Assembly (NCBI GenBank): GCA_051294375.1
Contig: CM119270.1
Location: 7,073,709 to 7,107,934 of the forward strand
DNA length: 34,226 bases
DNA from: Paraspadella gotoi
Taxonomy: Eukaryota; Animalia; Chaetognatha
Direction: 5' to 3'
Shown here: piece after piece, positions 12,444-22,489 of the stretch
Position numbering within the stretch: position 1 is the first letter of the stretch
Layout: every line of letters begins with the position of its first letter
Notes under the pieces: model-generated
What the model saw: only the letters and a program-made list of their open reading frames with translations
What the model was told of the DNA's origin: nothing
Database searches by the model: none
Position numbers and translations under genes: made by a program

Positions 12444-12682
12444 TCTCTATCCTTTCTTTTTTGGCATTATTGCCCGTGGTTTCTAGTGAAATTCAGTGTC
12501 TTCAACGACGACGATGACGACGACGACGACGACGACGAGGACTCCAAGAACCACCCTTGACCCATGGCCGGCCAAACGATCAATCTCCATTTTGTCTTCA
12601 GATCTCCAGTTTTTTTTTCCTCTCGATTTTCGAGAAGAAAATTCATCTCGTTGGAGTTGAGCGAAGTCGAAGTTCGGCTCGA

Positions 12683-13130
12683 CTTGGATGAACGAAATGA
12701 AGTGATTCATTTTAAAGAGAGACGGCTTGGATGAACGAAATGAAGTGATTCATTTAGAGAAAGACGCGCTTGGATGAACGAAATGAAGTGATTCATTTTA
12801 GAGAAAGACGGGCTTGGATGAACGAAATGAAGTGATTCATTTAGAAAGACGGGCTTGGATGAACGAAATGAAGTGATTTATTTTAAAGAAAGACGGNNNN
12901 NNNNNNNNNNNNNNNNNNNNNCTTGGATGAACGAAATGAAGTGATTCATTTTAGAGAAAGATGGGCTTGGATGAACGAAATGAAGTGATTCATTTTAAAG
13001 AAAGACGTCTTGGATGAACGAAATGAAGTGATTCATTTTAGTAAAAGACGGGCTTGTATGAACGAAATGAAATGATTCATTTTTTAGAAAGACGGGCTCG
13101 GATGAACGAGAAAAAGTGACTCATTCAAGA
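12683..13130. repeat. ~43-bp minisatellite CTTGGATGAACGAAATGAAGTGATTCATTTTAGAGAAAGACGGG, ~10 copies spanning a 25-N gap
   Basis: Head-to-tail near-identical units with an internal palindrome AAATGAA-gtga-TTCATTT. Two more copies lie at ~10297-10380. Confidence 0.95.
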
Positions 13131-13658
13131 GAAATAAGGGCTCCGGTGAATGAAGAGAACAGATTCATCCCAGAAAAATAAAGGACTGGGGAGATTCATC
13201 CAAAAGAATGTAAGAATTGCATGAATAGAAAAATAAAGAATCGTTTCTCTTGAAGAAAAAAAATATTCCAATTTCTTCTAGAGACCAGAGGCTTGTACCG
13301 AAGATGAGAATAAAGCTTGAAGAATCATAGTATTTAATTTGTCTCAGAGAAAAAAAAACGATGGAAAAATATCTATTAAAACTAATAATTAAAGAAAATA
13401 GTAAAAAGTAAAAGAAAAAGATAAATTTGAAAATTTCGAATAACCAAACAAGCAATTATACTATCATTCCTGATAATTCACAAGCAATCACAGAACGAAA
13501 GAATTATCCGAATGAAGCGCTTGATCTTTTATTTCGATTTTACTTAGTTTTTTTTTCTTTTTTATGAAAGAAAGATATGGCAATTTTATTAACATCTAAC
13601 CCTGCCATCACGAATTTCTTTCCAGTTCCCTTTTCCGTCTCCTCCAATATTTTGCTTT

Positions 13659-13717
<59 letters not shown>

Positions 13718-13738
13718 CCAACCCTCACCCTTCCTTAC

Positions 13739-13831
13739 CCAACGCCGGGGAAAGCAAAGACCAAAAGGAGGCGGCGGTCATGACTCCGGCAGCGAAGCCC
13801 AATGAAGTGTCCAACAATTTTCGTTGACGGC
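13739..13831 (-). CDS. SLC39A11: ZIP11 coding exon 2 (GRQRKLLDTSLGFAAGVMTAASFWSLLSPAL)
   Basis: Acceptor ttcttccag|, donor G|gtaagg, 93 nt, phase 1-1. Contains the GufA/ZIP11 TM2 motif LGFAAGVMxAASxWSLL. Confidence 0.96.
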
Positions 13832-14485
13832 CTGGAAGAAGAGGAAGAGGGGAGGCCGGGAGGGGAAGAAGAAAAAGAAGAAGAAAAAGAAGAGGAAGAA
13901 ATAAAAAAAAAAGAGAAAGCATAATAATAAAAAGAATTAGAAGCAGAAGATGTGTGGGAAAGAAAAGAAAGAGGAGGGGAAGAGAAAAATTTAAAAAAAG
14001 GAAAGGAAGGGATTAGGGGAAGATAAAGCGAAGGGAAGAGAGAGGAAAAGAGGGAGATAAAAAGTAGATGAAGGTATGAAAAAGAAGGTAGAAAAAGTGG
14101 AGAATAGAAAGTAAGATAAAAAGTTTTAAAAGTAGTGAAAGAGAAAGAGACAGAGTTGGGAGGGAGAAAAGAAAAAAGAAAGGAAAAGAATAACAAGAAA
14201 AAGAAAGAAAAAAAGAGAAAGAAAAAAAGATAAAGAAAGAAAGAGAAAAAAGGCAAACGGAATGGAGGAGGAGGAGAAAGAGGAAGAGGAAGAGGATGAA
14301 GAGGAAATGGAGGAAGAAAAAAAGAAGAGAATTGAGAAGAAACGAAGCGACAAGAAAAATTGAGATGGAGTGGATTGAGAGAGAGATGAGAGGAAAATGG
14401 CCAGAGCAGAAAAGAAAAAGAGAGGGAGAGAGGGAGAGGGAGAAAAAAGAGAGGGAGAGAGGGGAGAGGGGGAGAGGGAGAGAAG

Positions 14486-14533
<48 letters not shown>

Positions 14534-14709
14534 ATTGAATCGTTAAAAATGGAAGTTGCGAAAATTCGTTGTGACGGCTTCGCATGAATTTTTATCCATT
14601 TTTTTAAAAAGTTTTTTCTTCCCCGATTTAAAAAATCAGTTTAGTTTTCTCCGCTTCAACAGATTTAATTGGTGCACAGCCAATCTCTCTCTCTCTCTCT
14701 TCTCTCTCT

Positions 14710-14763
<54 letters not shown>

Positions 14764-14795
14764 CTTACCTTCTTTCCCCATTCTCCCACCCTTAC

Positions 14796-14894
14796 CTTTG
14801 CACACGAAGACGAAAGCGGCACCTAGCGCCGTCAAACCCCACGTGACCAAGGTAGCAAGAACGCTTGAAGCACGGGGTGCGCGTCTCGAATCAT
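14796..14894 (-). CDS. SLC39A11: ZIP11 zinc/metal transporter, coding exon 1 (MIRDAHPVLQAFL-[fs]-TLVTWGLTALGAAFVFVCK), with a 1-nt frameshift near 14855
   Basis: ATG at 14894-14892 with an in-frame TGA just upstream. The translation matches the ZIP11 N-terminus/TM1 as I recall it (MLQGHSSVFQALLGTFFTWGMTAAGAALVFVF). Donor AAAG|gtaag at 14795, phase 1. Confidence 0.9.
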
Positions 14895-15864
14895 GATGGG
14901 GTTCTTGGAATTTTGCTCTTGTCAGCGAAGGTGACGTTGGTTTCGATTCGACTTAATCCTTATGGTAAAAAAAAAAAAATGACTAAAATTTATTATCTGC
15001 GATAATGGAATAGTCAGAAACAGAATAGAACAAAATACGCAAATAATGTAAAAGGAAACAGATATCAGAATGAAAAAAAAAATTCAAAAAACGAAACAGT
15101 GAAAAAAAACAAAACAAAAAAAACAAAACAAAAAAACAAATAAGTAACGCAACGGACAATGCACATATAGATATTGTTAAATATATTGTTAAAGTTTTTA
15201 ATAAAAATCATAAAAATAAGATTTTAAGATTTATTTTACAGTTAAACGCATGGAAGCTATTTTAAAAAATACGATTACTATATAATATTGTCAATTGTGG
15301 TGTAATCCTTTCGTAATGATTAGAAGAGTTTGAACTCTTTTTAACGCTGATGAAGGCTTGTAACTGAGCCGAAAATGTCCGTTATTAATAAAAATAAATC
15401 GTTGAAAATTAATTTCAAACTCTTCTAATATTGTCCATATAATTTCAACCTATCACCTAAAACCAATGAAAATTTTTTACCGACCCCGTCCTGAGACCAT
15501 ATCTATTTAACTAAGTGTGACCGTCCTTATTCACCTCATCTGTGACCATCCTATTCTCCATCTATGATCAGATTATCACCCTGACCCACTCCCGTTTGTG
15601 ACCAACTCCACTCACCCAATTCGCGTTTCCCGACTTTCGTTTTTCCGCGTTTCGTTTCAGGTGGCGACGAAACTTTAACGACTTCCAAAACGAGAGATTC
15701 GACTTCTGTGGCGGCGGCGGTCGGCGGCGGCGGCGGCGTCTGAAGCGGCGTCGGAAGAATAGCAATTGGCGGCAGAGTCGGCGTCGAACGGGGGCGAAAT
15801 TCAGCGGGGATGGTCTTGGCGAGTCCTTGTTGTTGTTGTTTTTGGCGGCGTCGATGGAAGCGAG

Positions 15865-15971
<107 letters not shown>

Positions 15972-16209
15972 AACTCGGCAAATAAAGGATGGAAACCGCC
16001 TTAAAAATAAGAGCAAATCATTGCTAATAATTTTTTTCGAATGGAATCGCGAATCGAAAATTTACTTAATTTAAAAAATTTATAAAAAAAGATGGATGAA
16101 ATGGATGAAATAAAAAAAAAGGAAAATAAAAGGAGAAAAAAAAATCCTGTTATTTGCGTCTTCCTTCCTAAGAAACTTTCCGTCTGAGAACTTTGAGTAC
16201 CTCGATTTC

Positions 16210-16256
<47 letters not shown>

Positions 16257-16810
16257 CTCAAGAATCATCACCGTGAAGAAAGAAAAAAAAAACTCCGCCG
16301 GGGGCGCTGGCGACAACGACGAAGATGTCGACGCCGACGACGACGACGACGACGTCTGAAACGGCCGGAGAGGAAGGAAGAAACTTTGATTCACAAGGAT
16401 TCACTTTGGTTCACAGAGATTCACTCGACTCACTTTCAGCCTTCCCCTTCGCCCCCCGATCTCAAATAATCTTTCCCCTCTTTTCTGTTTTCTCGATTTT
16501 TCATACCTTGTTTTCCAAGTATGACTTATCCTTTGACGCTTTCTTACTCGTTCTCAATCTTAACTTACCCTACACACTTGAACCTCTCCTTACCAACCGC
16601 GTCTCACCCGTGTCTACCTCACCTTTCCTACCTTTTTTCTTCCTGAAAAAAAAACGTTTATAAATTTCCGTTATATTTTTTCTTCCGGAGGAGTTAAGTC
16701 GACTGGAACAAAATTCTGGATCTCTCCCTCTCACTTTCTCTCTTTCTCTCCCGTTCCTTTAGCCCCATTATTTTTATTTTTCCTCCCGCTTACCTTACCG
16801 CGATAAATAA

Positions 16811-16820
16811 ACTTACCTCT
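16811..16820 (-). other. Candidate splice donor of a ZIP11 5'-UTR exon (GAG|gtaagt)
   Basis: Perfect donor consensus ~1.9 kb upstream of the ATG. No transcript evidence. Confidence 0.3.
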
Positions 16821-17762
16821 TTGATCAAGTAGTTTTTCTCTCTTCCGCCGGATATTTCTCCGCATGGAATGTTTTTTCTCCAACTCGATTCTCGGAAAAA
16901 CTTTGTTTCTGTTAATCTAGAGTTGTTTTTTTTCTTGGTAAGGACAGATTCTAGCCAAAGTACTTAGGAGAGTGAAACTCAGATATTTGCGCTGTAATCT
17001 ACAGTACGTAAGATGCATAGAAATTAAATTGCATCATCTAGGTATTTGTGGGATCTTTAATTTTGATGATTGAATTCTGGTCAAAAACTATATCCGTGGT
17101 CTAAGTTCACCCTTTGTTTACTTTTGTCATTTTCAATCCAGATATCGATTAAAAAATTGGCCAGTACCTCAGCCGCGTCTGAGCTGCATTGCCCTTGCAT
17201 TTTTACATCGTTACTTAAATTCCCGAAAAATTCGCAATCTTAAATTGTATTTAAACTTTCTTCATATTTTCTCGCAAATACTAAACACTCTTAATAATAG
17301 ACCCTTTACATCCAAAATCAGTGTGAAGCGTTCTCGTCTTTATATTCTTTTCGACGTCGTCGTTATTATCGTCGTTCTCGCCGTCGTCGTCGTCGTCGTC
17401 GTCGTGACCTTCTTCGTCGACAATCATCATTCACACAAGAATCCACGAGGGAAAACGAGAGAGAAATATTTAAAACTTGATACCTAAGAAACGAGCGATT
17501 CCTATGCGCCGTTGTTGTGGTTGTTGTTCTTGGGATGTTTATTGTAACTTATGGAATCTAATTTAACCGACAATTGATATCTTAAATAATATCCTTAAAA
17601 CGACGCGAAAATCTAATTCTCTGCCACAGTCGCTGTCATTGCCGCCTCATTCTCATTCAGGAAACGAGCCATTTATATCAGAGATCTGTTGTTGTTATTC
17701 CCTCTCGTTCACGAATCACGAATCAACTTCACCGCCACTCACATCTCTCACCTCCGCTCGCT

Positions 17763-17790
17763 TCACTCGCCCAAAGCATCGGCCAGAGGG
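17763..17790 (-). CDS. Candidate terminal coding exon of an unidentified upstream gene (SPLADALGE*); alternatively a 39-nt exon 17752-17790
   Basis: Acceptor ccttttttttcag| at 17791, TGA at 17765-17763, minus-strand AATAAA at 17543-17538. An alternative donor GAG|gtgag lies at 17751. Confidence 0.35.
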
Positions 17791-17910
17791 CTGAAAAAAA
17801 AGGATAGGAAGAGAATATACAGATATACATTAGATGTATGTAAAAGATAATTTTGATCAAACATCGGAGATATTTTTTTGTATTTTTAAACCGTTCTCGA
17901 GCTTTGAATA

Positions 17911-18158
17911 CACTGCGGCGCATAAAAAATAGCCACTTAATCACATCGGAAAAACCGTATTGGATGTCTGAATTCTACAAAGATATAGAGGCATAAAACA
18001 AAGCTTTTTGAAAGATGAAGCAATTGGTCCAAGTCCCAATAAAATCGAGCAAAGCGTTCGTAAGTTATCGGACGTCAAAATCAATTGGTACAAAAAAAAA
18101 AAAAAAAAATAGTGGGGTATTTAAAGGTAACAAGTGGCAATTTTTTTTCGCCGCAGTG
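17911..18158. mobile_element. Tc1/mariner-type MITE, 248 bp, ~28-bp TIRs, TA TSD
   Basis: TA|CACTGCGGCGCATAAAAAATAGCCACTT ... AAGTGGCAATTTTTTTTCGCCGCAGTG|TA. No coding capacity. Confidence 0.9.
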
Positions 18159-18550
18159 TATATCTACTTCAAGTTTGTTTAAAAAAAGGTGCACCAAAAT
18201 TTGTCCTCCGGTTTTATCCTCCTCAGAAAGGATCACCAAAAATTGGCCTGCGGATTTTTTTGTGATTCTTGGTTCATGGGAATCAAATTCCATCATTTCT
18301 GAGAATTTGTCCGGGATCGTGATTTTCCTGTTTCACGTCTTATAAATTTTAGTATCTCATCAAATGTACACGATTCTCAGTGTAAACGACTTTCTCTGCT
18401 TTTTTTTGTACTGGAGTTAAAAGAATATAGAGTTCGTGTTAAAAATTTAAAAATAATCTTCTTGCGGGGAAGATTTTGTTAGAGTTTTTTTAGTTGGGCT
18501 TTCAACTGAATTCTTCCTCATCGGAAATTGGTTAAGTCACGATTTTGACA

Positions 18551-18675
18551 AGATATTTAGTCCCCGGGGATCAAATTCGTGAGGATCTTTAGTCCCCGAG
18601 GATAAAATTCGTGGGGATCTTTGGTCCCCATGGATCGGAATTGTCAGGATCTTTAATCCTTTGGGATCAGATTCT
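18551..18675. repeat. ~31-32-bp minisatellite (GGATCTTTAGTCCCCGAGGATAAAATTCGTG), ~4 copies
   Basis: Units start near 18552, 18584, 18615 and 18647. Confidence 0.85.
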
Positions 18676-18747
18676 TCCGAAGTGAGAAGCGCGAGGATTT
18701 TAAATTTCTTGAAAGGATTTAGTTCCGGAGGCAATTAAGAGGGGAAG

Positions 18748-18749
<2 letters not shown>

Positions 18750-18846
<97 letters not shown>

Positions 18847-18858
18847 AGAAGAAGAAGA
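18750..18858. repeat. (GA)n/(GAA)n microsatellite, representative of many (e.g. 908-972, 3437-3624, 6587-6672, 13662-13712, 14684-14760, 15862-15968)
   Basis: Directly visible. These tracts produce the ERER/SLSL ORFs. Confidence 0.98.
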
Positions 18859-19413
18859 GATTAATTTTTCATAAAACTGCGAACACTTTTAACGAATCCA
18901 TTTCTTAGTTCTTCTTTTTAGTTTTCTGTTGATCGCGAGAAATACTTCAATTAAATTGAAATTTTCTTTTTTTAAACAACATCTTGTTTCTTATTTTTAA
19001 TTCCTACCTTTTTATTTACTTTGTTGAGCTCCTGTTTTCTTATCAGAGCACCTTTCTTTTGTTATTATTACTCCTTTCTTTTTCACTTTGAAATCGTATT
19101 TTGATAACAAAATTTTTCTCAAAATTTTGTAATGATAATTATAACTTTTTAAAACAACTTCATTTTTTAAATCTTTTATCAGGGATTCCCTTTTTTTCTG
19201 GGGGGGGGCGTGGGCGGGGGCGCTCTTTTTCTTCCAAATTTCAATTTCGGTCGCCGACGCTTCCCTCATTTTCTTTTCAGGGGGAAAATGACGCCATTTT
19301 GCTTTTGCGCTTTTGTTCCCTTTTTTTTCTCAAATTTTTTTTTCTTTATATCCTTTATGCTCTGATGGATTTTTGGGAAAAAGACAAAGGAAGAGAAAAG
19401 GGAATAAAGATCG

Positions 19414-19461
<48 letters not shown>

Positions 19462-20813
19462 TTGACAGAATTTAAACAAAGTATAAACTCAGATTGTGAT
19501 TTAGTCTTAGTCTCTTTGCCGACATCTTCTCCAGCGCGGTTATGGTTGTTATTGTTGTTATTGTTTTTATTGCCTCACAGAATAAAATCTTCTCAGAAAA
19601 GCAACGCGATCGAAATGACAATAACAAAGACGACGACGAGAAAGACATCTGTAGAATATTGGTGACGAAAATTAAATGTTGTTGTTGTTGTTTTTATTTT
19701 TTTTCCCGGTTTTTTCTTTTGTCTCTTGTCTTATCGCTTAATGATCTTATTCTTTAACTTTTTGTGTTAAAATAAAAACATAATAAATTTAATAATTCGA
19801 ACATAAATTGAACACTTAAACACAAACAAAGACTTTTTCGACTGTCCACAGTTAACCCAATAAAAAAAAAAGAATAGAACAAAAAATAGAAAAAAAAAGA
19901 AAAACTTAAAAAAAGAAAGAATGAAAAGTTGGTTGTGAAACATCTGGCGCGTGGCTGGGGGGAAGTGGTCAGGGGAGAAGGTTGGCGCCTCAAGAGGAGA
20001 AGGGGGTGGAAGGAGAGAAGAAAAGGGGGGTGGAAGGGGAGAAGGAAAGGGGTGTCGAAGGGGAGAAAAGAAGAAAAGAGAAGAAAAAGCGGGAATGAGT
20101 GGTTAGATTTGGGATCATAAAAAGTAAAAGAGGATAATTTGCTGTTTTTTTGTTAGTTAAGGAAGAGAATGAGAGAGAGAAAATTGGAAAGAAAAAAAGG
20201 AAAGGAAAGGGAGGTAAAAGAAAAAAGGGAGAAAGTAAAAAAAAAGNNNNNNNNNNNNNNNNNNNNNNNNNNNNNNNNNNNNNNNNNNNNNNNNNNNNNN
20301 NNNNNNNNNNNNNNNNNNNNNNNNNNNNNNNNNNNNNNNNNNNNNNNNNNNNNNNNNNNNNNNNNNNNNNNNNNNNNNNNNNNNNNNNNNNNNNNNNNNN
20401 NNNNNNNNNNNNNNNNNNNNNNNNNNNNNNNNNNNNGAGAGAGAGAGAGAGAGAGAGAGAGCTTTTAAACTCTCGTTTTACATCGAAAAGTCGAGAGTGA
20501 AATCGCATCTTTTTTCGATTATCCTCAATCTCTAAAGAAAATAGGAAAAAAATTGAATGCTCTTTTTNNNNNNNNNNNNNNNNNNNNNNNNNNNNNNNNN
20601 NNNNNNNNNNNNNNNNNNNNNNNNNNNNNNNNNNNNNNNNNNNNNNNNNNNNNNNNNNNNNNNNNNNNNNNNNNNNNNNNNNNNNNNNNNNNNNNNNNNN
20701 NNNNNNNNNNNNNNNNNNNNNNNNNNNNNNNNNNNNNNNNNNNNNNNNNNNNNNNNNNNNNNNNNNNNNNNNNNNNNNNNNNNNNNNNNNNNNNNNNNNN
20801 NNNNNNNNNNNNN

Positions 20814-21198
20814 GTTCGTTCGTTCGTTCGTTCTTTATTTGCCCTCCTTTTACCTCTTCACATCTTCTACCTTCTTCCCCTCTTTCCACCTTCCGTTTGC
20901 CTTCACTTCCTTCTTCCCTCAAGGAGCAGCTTTCACCTTCCCACAACAAAAAATCTTAATGAGGATGAGTCAGTTGTTCCTAAAATCGAGTTCGCTAATT
21001 CCTTCTCGTTCGTTCCGTACCATCGTGAACAAATCGTTCGTTTTCGGTTCTTTATTTGCCTCCTTTTACCTCTCACAATCTTCTACCTTCTTTCCACACT
21101 ACTTCCCCTTCCCGTTTGCCTTCACTTCTCTTCTGCCCTCAACGACGCACTTAATCCACCTTCCACCAACACACAATCTTCACTCGAGGATGAGTAGG
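20814..21198. repeat. Two diverged direct copies of a ~160-bp unit, period ~220 bp
   Basis: gttctttatttgcc(c)tccttttacctc...ccgtttgccttcactt...gaggatgagt occurs at ~20830-20970 and ~21047-21195. Confidence 0.85.
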
Positions 21199-21651
21199 AT
21201 CTGAGGGATGAGGAGGCGAATCGATATCGTGGGGGGGGGCGTGGGGAACCCGGTGGGCGAAGAGGGCCAAAGAGTGGAAGNNNNNNNNNNNNNNNNNNNN
21301 NNNNNCAGGTGGGGTGGAGCCGAGAAAGGCGAGGAAACTAATGATTTTTTGTCGATGCTTTTATGAAGGTGCTCATTTGGGGTTATTTTGCCTTTGGTTT
21401 TATATAGGCGTGATAATAGTGATTACGTTATTGTTGTTGATGACGACGACGACGACGACGACGACGACGATGATGATTTTGTTGTAAAGATTCTTTAGAA
21501 GATGATAATTACTAAATTGTGATTTTTTTCTCCGTAGATTTGAGGATATTCCCCGAAAAACACAAGGAAATCTCTCGCCCGCAAAATTCTCTCTCCGCCT
21601 TCGAAAGATAAAACGGGATTTTCCGAAAAGTAAACAACAGCAGGGGAACCC

Positions 21652-21720
<69 letters not shown>
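21652..21720. repeat. (GAC)n trinucleotide microsatellite
   Basis: About 23 perfect units. Other GAC-rich tracts lie at 1600-1980, 10088-10135 and 32865-32960. Confidence 0.97.
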
Positions 21721-21721
<1 letters not shown>

Positions 21722-21923
21722 AGATAAAACTGCAAAGAAAACGACGACTTCAACAATGGGAACGCGAAATGGATTTTTCGGTGAGAGATAAAAAGTACTT
21801 AAACTGCAAATGTAGGCGTGAACTCGTTAAGGTCGCGTGAGTTCGTCAGTGTGAACGTTAAAAAACTGTGCAAGAACTGCGTAAGAGTTTTCACGGGATT
21901 TTTTCGCTGCCGAATCAGCGAGG

Positions 21924-22192
21924 ATGAATAAATGAATGAATGAATGAATGAATGAATGAATGAATGAATGAATGAATGAATGAATGAATGAATGAATGAT
22001 TGATTGAATGAATGACTGATTGAATAAATGAATGAATGAATGAATGAATGAATGAATGAATGAATGACTGATTGATTGTATGAATGAATGAATGAATGAA
22101 TGAATGAATGAATGAATGAATGAATGAATGAATGAATGAATGAATGAATGAATGAACCTATTAATGAATAAATAAACAGATGATTGAATGAA
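21924..22192. repeat. (GAAT)n tetranucleotide microsatellite
   Basis: Long, largely perfect tgaa run with a few variant units. Confidence 0.98.
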
Positions 22193-22489
22193 TCAAAATC
22201 TCAGTTTGGTCAAATATGTCGTCTTTCAAATTGTCGGGGCGAGTAAGAACTTGAAATTGCGAGAAGAGCTCGGTGATTTCCTTCCTCGCAAATTGACGCC
22301 CAATCCTTCGCAAGTTTACGCGTCAAAAGAATTTGGCGCGCGTTCGTTTGCGTTCTGGCGCGCGCTTATTGTGCGTGTGTGCGCGCCGGCGCGCTCTCGC
22401 GTCACATCCTGCGGCGAGAGATTAGGGATCTAATGCGTCGATAAAATTCATGGAGCCCTTTTCTACTCGGGGGCTTTAATTTTATCAGT

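Larger units (their letters stand above)
7955..12765. repeat. ~2.43-kb direct tandem duplication (copy A ~7955-10385, copy B ~10386-12765)
   Basis: Both copies begin gaaaa(a)ttaatttgagactcaggaaatcccgacagag and are colinear to the 43-bp minisatellite. They differ by scattered substitutions, many 1-nt indels and one ~14-nt indel. Confidence 0.97.

Noticed and set aside
12683-13130. Palindromic 43-bp repeats resembling a CRISPR array
   Set aside because: Units are head-to-tail with no unique spacers, there are no cas genes, and the context is a eukaryotic intron.
16995-17250. Possible TA-flanked MITE (tacagtacgtaagatgc ... gcaatcttaaattgta)
   Set aside because: The terminal match is too short and gapped.
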